The position numbers and the translations under genes are program-made. The notes under the pieces were generated by a model. That model was not told the DNA's origin and did not search any database. It worked only from the letters and a program-made list of their open reading frames with translations. A stretch of 32,000 nt of DNA from Ktedonobacterales bacterium (lineage in GTDB: Bacteria; Chloroflexota; Ktedonobacteria; Ktedonobacterales; JADMIN01), in contig CP126532.1 of assembly GCA_030167145.1 (NCBI GenBank), positions 5,010,001 to 5,042,000 on the forward strand, in the 5' to 3' direction. Of the stretch, positions 25,388 to 32,000 are shown piece after piece (positions within the stretch are counted from its first letter, which is position 1; every line of letters begins with the position of its first letter).

Positions 25388-26680
25388 TCAGGGGAGAAAA
25401 TTCAGCGTTCTAGCGATGGCGACGGCAGAGGTGCGACTACGGGCATTGAGCTTGATATAGATGTGTTCGAGATGCTTCTTGACTGTGCTGGCAGTAATCA
25501 CAAGCTGCCCAGCGATTTCAGCGTTAGAGTGGCCAGCCGCGACCAATTGGAGGACTTCTAGCTCTCGCTCGCTCAGCTGCCCATTGATGTTCACGAACAA
25601 GGTGGTGAGAAGCGGTGTGTTCCGGCTGTGGGGTTGGAGTAAGGCTCTGGGAAGGTGTTGCGAGAGGAAGGTCCGACACCGACACACATGTGGCAACCCT
25701 GTTTGCCGCTCTAACTCGCGTAAGCGTAGGAAGGCAGTATAGGTATCGTCCAAGTGGCCCTGGCGGAAGGTAAAATATGCTTGATCAATCAGCAGTGCGG
25801 CGACGGTATAGCGATCGCTGAAGATCTGCGCGAGGGCCAGGGCGCTTTCGGTGTAGATTTGCGAACGTACATAGTCGCCTTGCACGCGGGCCAGTTCGGC
25901 TTGAACAGCCATTCTAAATAACTGCTGAGAAGAAGACGCAGCATCTGTCACCGCACGATCAAGATACATCAGACAGGAAAGGAAGTCTTCGCGTGAATGA
26001 TCCAGGTGGCCAGCGAATCGCGCATAAAGCCCTCTGGCGAAGAGTGCCACAGCTATGCTCGCACGATCATCTCGACGCTGGGCGCGCACTAGCGTTTCAG
26101 CAAAATCGTGAGCTACCGCATAGGTGCCAAGCATATCCACAGTCTGTGCGAAGCTTGAGAAGGGATCCCATAAGCCGAGATAGCTGCCAGAAAATCGCGC
26201 GAGCCGAAGACCTGTGTACCAGAGTCGCCAGCCCTGCTGATAAATACCAAAAGAAAATGCTACCCCGCCTAGGCGATTCAGAAGGTGTGCCGTGGAACGG
26301 GTGTCTCTTATGCGCCGACTAGCCTCAACGCCGAGACGAAGCACATATTCTGCTTCGGCAAATGTAGTACGTCGGCTCGCGGCATAGGCAAGGCCCGAAG
26401 CCAAGCGCACAACACTGGCATAACTCTGGTGTCGCCAAGCCAGTGCCAGAGCGGTGTTCAATAAGTCCCACTCATGTTCTAGACGTATCACCTCGTTATT
26501 ACAGTTTGCGACATAGGTCAGGGCATAGTCTAGTGGATCGCCTGATGCACAATGAGTAGCTTGTGGAATGAGCGTGCTGAGACGCTCTAATTCACTGTCC
26601 GGGATTCGCGCTAGACGGGGCGGATGGGCGACATCAGCGCGGAGTACAGGCGACTGCGAATCAGATGGTCTACTCCCCAT
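25388..26680 (-). CDS. LuxR-family transcriptional regulator with N-terminal TPR-like helical domain
   Basis: C-terminal HTH LSERELEVLQLVAAGHSNAEIAGQLVITASTVKKHLEHIYIKLN. The N-terminal ~360 aa are Ala/Leu/Tyr/Arg-rich helical repeats with no Walker A motif. Confidence 0.85.
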   Translation of the reverse strand: MGSRPSDSQSPVLRADVAHPPRLARIPDSELERLSTLIPQATHCASGDPLDYALTYVANCNNEVIRLEHEWDLLNTALALAWRHQSYASVVRLASGLAYAASRRTTFAEAEYVLRLGVEASRRIRDTRSTAHLLNRLGGVAFSFGIYQQGWRLWYTGLRLARFSGSYLGLWDPFSSFAQTVDMLGTYAVAHDFAETLVRAQRRDDRASIAVALFARGLYARFAGHLDHSREDFLSCLMYLDRAVTDAASSSQQLFRMAVQAELARVQGDYVRSQIYTESALALAQIFSDRYTVAALLIDQAYFTFRQGHLDDTYTAFLRLRELERQTGLPHVCRCRTFLSQHLPRALLQPHSRNTPLLTTLFVNINGQLSERELEVLQLVAAGHSNAEIAGQLVITASTVKKHLEHIYIKLNARSRTSAVAIARTLNFLP

Positions 26681-26905
26681 AGGTCTGCCCCTGTTCCAGC
26701 GCCTAGTCGCCCCGATGTCCCACTACAAGATACTACACCGCCTGCCGCACGGAATTCACAACGGCAGAGATGGTACGTGAGCCGCACCTCGACAATATCA
26801 CGAATTGCGCACCAGATATTTGTGGCCGATGCGAACCAAGAGAGAAACAATAGCTATCGTGATTGACGCTGCTGGTATACTTGGCGCGTAGGCGAGCGCT
26901 CTTGC

Positions 26906-28801
26906 GTGCTCACGCTGTTCCTATTTCCGCAGAGAAAGCAGATCGTGTCACATCCCAGCCAGTCACGCGAGTATTCCCCGCGTCCCACAATTTCGTTGGG
27001 TGACATCCAACTCTCAGACCGCGAGAGTGTGCATCGAACATCGCACACCCTGGACTGGTTACTACTTGCCTTTCTCGTGGCTGTACTGTCGGGACTCGGC
27101 CTCTATACCTGGCATCAACTCGGCCCAGAAAACGTTCATACAGGTCGTGCCATTTTCTTTGGCGCGGTACTTATCTGCGTGTTCTGGGCAGCAGTACTGT
27201 ACACTTTTAAACTCTCAGTTAGTGTTCGTGTGAATCCGCATGCGATCAGTATTGTCCGTGGACCATGGAGAACCGAGTTAGCTTGGCGCGATGTTGCGCG
27301 ATTGGCCGAGCGGGCACAGATGGAAGAAGGGCAGCGGCTGCATTGGCTTGTGGTATTTGCACGCGATGGACGGCGGATGCAGATTCGTGAGGATATGGTT
27401 GCGGATTATGCGCGCCTGCGGCTGGAAGTCTTTGAACGCTATAAACTCTGGCGAGACCACGGGGGTACCACTGGCTTCAACGGTGGTGGCCCGTATACGA
27501 CCCGCGAATCGCTGGCGTCTCGCGTGTCGTGGTGGCTCGTATTAGCTGCGCTTGCACTATCGTCCGGACTCTACTTTACAATTCTACTTCCCGAGACGAA
27601 TTTGGTTGGGCCGATATTGCTGGCATTGGCGGGAATATGTGCTTTCTTGAGTTTGCGCGGTGTGCTATCGCGCCAGACATATGTTGTGGATGCCAAACTT
27701 ATCTCCGCGCGACGTTTTCCAGGTACTGTGCGATTGCCCTGGCGTGATGTAGCACGGGTAGACCGCGCACGCCATCCCTTCAGCGGTGTGATGGTGGCAG
27801 GCATCGCGTGTGCGCGTTTCGTGCTTCAGATCGCTGCACGCAGTGACGTTCGTATGCAAGCGTTCGACTGGTACCCCCGGGTGCCAGAGTATCTGATTCT
27901 GCGTGGAACAGGCAGGCATGTCCGCATTGCGCTACATCGCGTGCCGCGTCCTGACGATTTGCTTGCCTGGATTGAGTTCTATGAGAGCGTTGGCAGGCGT
28001 GCGGCACGTGAAAGTGTCAAGCGTAGGCCAACGCCTTTGCCTACACCGTATGCTACTCCACAACCAGTTCCGACCGATATGGGTCGCGCAACTGGACCAT
28101 TGGATCCATGGGCACAGGGCCGTGACGGCACGCCGCTACCTGCTGACGCGCCTGCCCCTAATTCGGCTGCCGCACCTGCAGCGCCTTTCATGTCACCATT
28201 TGCTGCTCTTGTTTATGATGGCGAGGGTGAAGATGCCTGGCTGCGAGCCGAGCCTGAATTGCCAGTCGTTGGCCACAATAGGGAGCCATTGGTGGAAGAT
28301 TTGCCGACTGCGGAAATGCCAGTGGCTGGGTTGCTACCAAGTGCAGATTCTCACGCTAGTGAGCGGTATGGATCCCCTCAGCTTTATCAGGAGCCGCAAG
28401 GCTTATGGCAAGAAGCGCGGCCAATTGATTCACAGCGGGACGACGCTCGGCATGATCCGTGGGAAGAAGATCACCCTTTGGCTGGTTCAACCTCGCAACT
28501 CTGGGAGGAAACACAGCCGCAGGTAGCTGTGCCTCCTGTGGCGGCAAATGTGGAGCCACGGCTTCAGATGCCCGGAGTAGAACCAGAGTTTGCACTCCCA
28601 GAAGCTGAGGATGAGGACGAAGGCGAGAATACTGAATTGTTGGATGCATTCGGGCCAAGGCGCTCTGGTGCTTCTGCACCTCACTGGGAGCGTCCGCAAT
28701 TGCCGCGCTTCGGCCCACCAACTTCAGGGAATCATGCAACGGGCGCTAATGAGAGCACTGATGACAATGGGCAGTTCGCTGACGACGATTTTCTGCGCTG
28801 A
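26906..28801 (+). CDS. Membrane protein with duplicated 2TM + PH-like (bPH/YdbT-like) module and acidic Pro/Trp-rich C-terminal tail
   Basis: Four hydrophobic helices in two pairs. Each pair is followed by a soluble segment carrying the motif IS..R......L.WRDVAR (residues 114-136 and 266-288). Residues ~371-631 are low-complexity. The start (GTG 26906) is uncertain, since no ATG occurs in the first 138 codons. Confidence 0.6.
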   Translation: MLTLFLFPQRKQIVSHPSQSREYSPRPTISLGDIQLSDRESVHRTSHTLDWLLLAFLVAVLSGLGLYTWHQLGPENVHTGRAIFFGAVLICVFWAAVLYTFKLSVSVRVNPHAISIVRGPWRTELAWRDVARLAERAQMEEGQRLHWLVVFARDGRRMQIREDMVADYARLRLEVFERYKLWRDHGGTTGFNGGGPYTTRESLASRVSWWLVLAALALSSGLYFTILLPETNLVGPILLALAGICAFLSLRGVLSRQTYVVDAKLISARRFPGTVRLPWRDVARVDRARHPFSGVMVAGIACARFVLQIAARSDVRMQAFDWYPRVPEYLILRGTGRHVRIALHRVPRPDDLLAWIEFYESVGRRAARESVKRRPTPLPTPYATPQPVPTDMGRATGPLDPWAQGRDGTPLPADAPAPNSAAAPAAPFMSPFAALVYDGEGEDAWLRAEPELPVVGHNREPLVEDLPTAEMPVAGLLPSADSHASERYGSPQLYQEPQGLWQEARPIDSQRDDARHDPWEEDHPLAGSTSQLWEETQPQVAVPPVAANVEPRLQMPGVEPEFALPEAEDEDEGENTELLDAFGPRRSGASAPHWERPQLPRFGPPTSGNHATGANESTDDNGQFADDDFLR

Positions 28802-28822
28802 ACCGAACAATTCACATCAACG

Positions 28823-29989
28823 CTAAATTGGATTATCTGGTAACAGGGTGAAGTCTGCGCTCGGCTCATCACTGGAGAACAATGGTAGTTGTATGATGCC
28901 CTGTGCATGTCCAGGGTGGCTTTCTGATAGAAGATTGCTAAGCCCAACGCCGAGCAGCCGGATTGCGTGATCTGCGGTGAGCAGTGGTGAGAAGTGTGTC
29001 GCGAGCAAGTGTCTTGCTGCTATACCTAGCACATCTGGTGCGCGAGTCGGCGCGGGCAACATGGTTTGTCGCGTGGTTATCTCGAAGTTGTGCCATTTGA
29101 CCTTCAACGTAATGGAACGTCCAAGCACTCGTTTCTTTTCAGCATCGCGCGCTACTTTCTCCGCCAGCGCCCGCACGTGGTCTTGCGCGCGTTCCAAGTC
29201 GGCAATGTCTCGTTCATATGTACATTCACGCGAGAGGCTCTTGGGCGGTCCGTGATCGCTGACCACGCACCTATCATCTTCGCCGTGGGCCAAGCGCCAG
29301 AGCCAGCTTCCCGTCTTGCCGAACTGCATCTGCAAAGCCTCCACGTTCGTCCGTGCTAACTCCGACACCAATGTAATTCCCATCCTTTCGAGTTTTGCGC
29401 GTGTGTGCGGTCCAACGCCGGGTAAGCACCCGACTGGCAGCGTATGCAGGAATGCATCTTCGCGTCCAGGCATGACGATCAAACAGCCGTCTGGCTTTGC
29501 GCGGTCGCTTGCGAGCTTAGCAATACATTTGTTGCGGCCGACACCGACCGAAATAATCAACCCTGTCTCACGAAGCACCCGCGCTTTGATGTCGAGTGCT
29601 ATGTCTACCGCATGTCTACAGCCCGGCACTCCTGGCGGCAGTTCTCCATATGCTTCGTCAACAGAAACTTGTTCGCGCGTGACAAAATAGTCGTCGAGAA
29701 TGGCCATCACCTGGTCTGACAACATGCGGTAGCGCTCGAAATGTGGGCGGAGAAATACCGCATTAGGGCAGAGCCGTCGAGCAACTGCGGCAGACATCGC
29801 GCTATGCACGCCATGGCGCCGCGCTCGATAATTTGCGGTGCTTACCACACCACGCCGGTCTGGATCGCCTCCTACGATGACAGGCTTCCCAGCAAGGTAC
29901 GGATTGTCGAGTTCCTCCACCGCTGCGAAGAAACAATCGAGATCGCAATGCATTACACGACGGAAGCCTTGCTCCGGCAACACGTTCAT
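28823..29989 (-). CDS. dinB: DNA polymerase IV (Y-family, DinB)
   Basis: MHCDLDCFFAAVEELDNPYLAGKPVIVGG, SVDEAY, and the C-terminal little-finger region. SD GAGAGGAA lies 7 nt upstream of ATG 29989. Confidence 0.9.
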   Translation of the reverse strand: MNVLPEQGFRRVMHCDLDCFFAAVEELDNPYLAGKPVIVGGDPDRRGVVSTANYRARRHGVHSAMSAAVARRLCPNAVFLRPHFERYRMLSDQVMAILDDYFVTREQVSVDEAYGELPPGVPGCRHAVDIALDIKARVLRETGLIISVGVGRNKCIAKLASDRAKPDGCLIVMPGREDAFLHTLPVGCLPGVGPHTRAKLERMGITLVSELARTNVEALQMQFGKTGSWLWRLAHGEDDRCVVSDHGPPKSLSRECTYERDIADLERAQDHVRALAEKVARDAEKKRVLGRSITLKVKWHNFEITTRQTMLPAPTRAPDVLGIAARHLLATHFSPLLTADHAIRLLGVGLSNLLSESHPGHAQGIIQLPLFSSDEPSADFTLLPDNPI

Positions 29990-30268
29990 TGTGTGTTCCT
30001 CTCATTTCACCGCATTTCACTGCCTTCTTCACTGTACGTTAGTGGTGGATATGACATGCCGATCTTGCAAAGTGGCTAGCACAATGGCACGTGTACCTCT
30101 CTCGTTAGCGGCTTGCACATGATATACTTGTTTCTTGGCAGTTGCTTTGCTGGCACGTGTGAATAGACAGCACCGTCACTGCATCGGTGAATATGGCCGT
30201 AGACTGTTTTGTAGGGTTTTCCGCGCCCACGGTGGGCGCGGCAACGCATTCTGTCAAGGGTTTCGAAG

Positions 30269-30658
30269 GTGCGATATATCGAGGAGAAGATACGCGTGAA
30301 ACGGGATCAGGTCATTGAACGGCTCCGCCTCTGGGCGGCGCGGGCGCAGCACGAAGCCCAGATGGCCGACACGCAGGAAGACATACTCAACTGGCAGGGT
30401 CAAGCGCAGGTATTGAGTGGTGTTGCGACTTATCTCGCCAGTGCCGGACGGCAAAGCGACGAAGATGCGGTCTGGCGGCAGGTTGTTGCGGATCGCAGCA
30501 ATGCACTAGCCGCATGGGAGCGAGCGCAGGAAGGGCCTGATGCCATGCTCTACGCTGGCATGATAGCAGGGTTTGATGTTGCACTCACAGCGCTTACTGA
30601 TAACGCTGGCCGTGTGTGGACACGCGAAGCACGCGGTGACCTCTGGGTCAATCGCTGA
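30269..30658 (+). CDS. Hypothetical helical protein
   Basis: 129-aa ORF with a GTG start. It ends 2 nt before the glycerate kinase ATG. I recognise no motif. Confidence 0.45.
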   Translation: MRYIEEKIRVKRDQVIERLRLWAARAQHEAQMADTQEDILNWQGQAQVLSGVATYLASAGRQSDEDAVWRQVVADRSNALAAWERAQEGPDAMLYAGMIAGFDVALTALTDNAGRVWTREARGDLWVNR

Positions 30659-30660
30659 GT

Positions 30661-31872
30661 ATGCTCATAAGCTCACAGGTGGCTGCGCGCTGGAACATCG
30701 TAGCAGCCCCACAAGCGCTCAAGGGGAGCCTTGACGCGGACGCGGTTGGCAAGGCAATTGCCGTGGGCGTATATCGTGTCGTTCCGGGGGCCGAGGTACT
30801 TGTCATTCCCGTGGCTGACGGCGGTGAGGGTACTGTGCGCGCACTCGTCTCAGCGACTGATGGCGAGTTGCGTTACGCGACTGTCACTGGACCGCTTGGC
30901 GAGCAAGTGCGTGCGGAATATGGCATCCTTGGAACGAACTGGCTGGAAGTCACAGGCAAAACAGCGGTCATCGAAATGGCGGCAGCTTCCGGTCTCCCAC
31001 TCGTGCCACCGCATCTACGCGATCCCCGCCGAACCACCACCTTTGGTACCGGTGAACTCATCAGGACTGCTCTGGATATTGGGTGTGAGCACATACTCAT
31101 CGGACTAGGAGGTAGCGCGACCAACGATGGTGGAGCAGGCATGGCCCAGGCGCTTGGCGCGCACCTGCTCGATGGCAATGGCCATGAACTTTCGCGTGGT
31201 GGCGCAGATCTTCTTCGACTGGACAGAATAGATACGCGCGACCTTGATCCACGCCTCGACACTGTTCGTATTTCTGTTGCCAGTGATGTTACCAATCCAC
31301 TTTGTGGCCCCTCAGGCGCCTCGGCGATCTATGGTCCACAGAAAGGAGCTACCCCTGACATTGTGGACGAGCTTGATGCCGCTCTCGCGCACTATGCGGA
31401 GGTCTTGCGCCGCTATCTGAATGCGGATGTGGCGAATATTCCTGGGGCTGGAGCGGCAGGTGGCCTTGGTGCGGGACTGCTCGCCTTTACACACGCCAGG
31501 ATGGTCCCCGGAGCGCAATTCGTGCTGGACTCACTCAATTTTACCGAGCGTATTCGCGGGACATCCCTCGTAATCACCGCCGAGGGTCGCCTGGATGCAC
31601 AAACTGGTTATGGCAAAGCTGTAGGCGCGGTTGCCGCCGCTGCGCACAAGGTCGGCGCTCGTGTTATTGCGCTTGCTGGAAGTGTGGCGGCAAGTGACGA
31701 CGACCTATTGGCCCTTGGCATAGATGTCGCTGTTCCTCTCGTTGATGGTCCGCTCTCGCTTGACGAGAGCATGGCACGAGCTGCGGACCTTGTACAATCA
31801 GCGGCTGCGCGGACCATGCGCCTCATATTGCTTGGAGATGCTCTGCGTCTTCCAGAGGCACACACGCTATAA
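30661..31872 (+). CDS. Glycerate kinase family protein
   Basis: IPVADGGEGTV, GLGGSATNDGGAGMAQALG and ITAEGRLDAQTGYGKA match the glycerate kinase family. The N-terminal motif is the variant APQALKGSL instead of the usual APDSFKGS. Confidence 0.85.
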   Translation: MLISSQVAARWNIVAAPQALKGSLDADAVGKAIAVGVYRVVPGAEVLVIPVADGGEGTVRALVSATDGELRYATVTGPLGEQVRAEYGILGTNWLEVTGKTAVIEMAAASGLPLVPPHLRDPRRTTTFGTGELIRTALDIGCEHILIGLGGSATNDGGAGMAQALGAHLLDGNGHELSRGGADLLRLDRIDTRDLDPRLDTVRISVASDVTNPLCGPSGASAIYGPQKGATPDIVDELDAALAHYAEVLRRYLNADVANIPGAGAAGGLGAGLLAFTHARMVPGAQFVLDSLNFTERIRGTSLVITAEGRLDAQTGYGKAVGAVAAAAHKVGARVIALAGSVAASDDDLLALGIDVAVPLVDGPLSLDESMARAADLVQSAAARTMRLILLGDALRLPEAHTL

Positions 31873-32000
31873 GCTTCAAGGTGCAACGCAAAATCTGGTC
31901 GTATTCGTCGTTCATTACGAGCGTGCGAGTGTGGTGAGTTGTGCTCTTGCGGAGGTGGCGACTGCGTCTGAATATTGTCCGCGATATGCTTCTGGCAGTA

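Noticed and set aside
30221-30241. GC-rich hairpin considered as an intrinsic terminator.
   Set aside because: The T-run precedes rather than follows the stem on the plus strand, and it becomes an A-run on the minus strand. No gene ends nearby in the right orientation. It is kept only as a possible regulatory palindrome.
29980-30268. Search for a canonical LexA/SOS box (GAAC-N4-GTTC, or the cyanobacterial RGTAC-N3-DGTWC type) upstream of dinB.
   Set aside because: Only direct GAAC-N8-GAAC repeats and a CACGTG-containing 10-mer repeat are present. No inverted repeat of the known types was found by eye.
31915-32000. Possible 3-prime end of a minus-strand gene entering from the right edge (frame ending ...LPEAYRGQYSDAVATSARAQLTTLARS, stop at 31915-31917).
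   Set aside because: Only 28 codons are visible, another frame is also open here, and there is no motif. This is insufficient evidence for a feature.
1-32000. Scan for tRNA-like T-arm signatures (GGTTCGAATCC-type), rRNA, transposase/integrase genes, terminal inverted repeats, reverse transcriptase, and toxin-antitoxin or known defence-system genes.
   Set aside because: None were recognised. All sizeable ORFs are accounted for by housekeeping, regulatory or envelope functions, so I do not claim a mobile element or defence island here.

Overview
Dense 32-kb chromosomal segment of a moderately high-GC bacterium, with about 24 protein-coding genes on both strands. I found no rRNA, tRNA, CRISPR array, transposase or integrase. 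Gene order is as follows. (1) A MacB-type ABC pair (ATPase plus a 916-aa double-FtsX permease). (2) A DUF2252 protein. (3) Two tandem paralogous class A penicillin-binding proteins, each with a long disordered cytoplasmic N-terminal tail. (4) BioY plus a hotdog thioesterase, a Gfo/Idh/MocA oxidoreductase and a SAM methyltransferase. (5) A soluble PAS histidine kinase with an OmpR-type response regulator, transcribed divergently from a tetR-mqnA-(atypical radical-SAM-like gene)-mqnC operon of the futalosine menaquinone pathway. (6) An AI-2E family transporter. (7) A LuxR-type regulator followed by a WD40 beta-propeller lipoprotein, and divergent from them a membrane protein with a duplicated 2TM+PH-like module and an acidic Trp/Pro-rich tail. 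(8) DinB. (9) A small helical protein plus glycerate kinase. The most unusual items are three: the radical-SAM-like enzyme with CX8CX2C spacing embedded in the mqn operon, the mosaic tandem PBP pair, and the Cys-rich PAS kinase next to the quinone operon. Gene content would fit Chloroflexota (Ktedonobacteria-like) or Actinomycetota, but I cannot assign taxonomy from this window. All function calls rest on motifs read from the translations and recalled family signatures. No database search was run.
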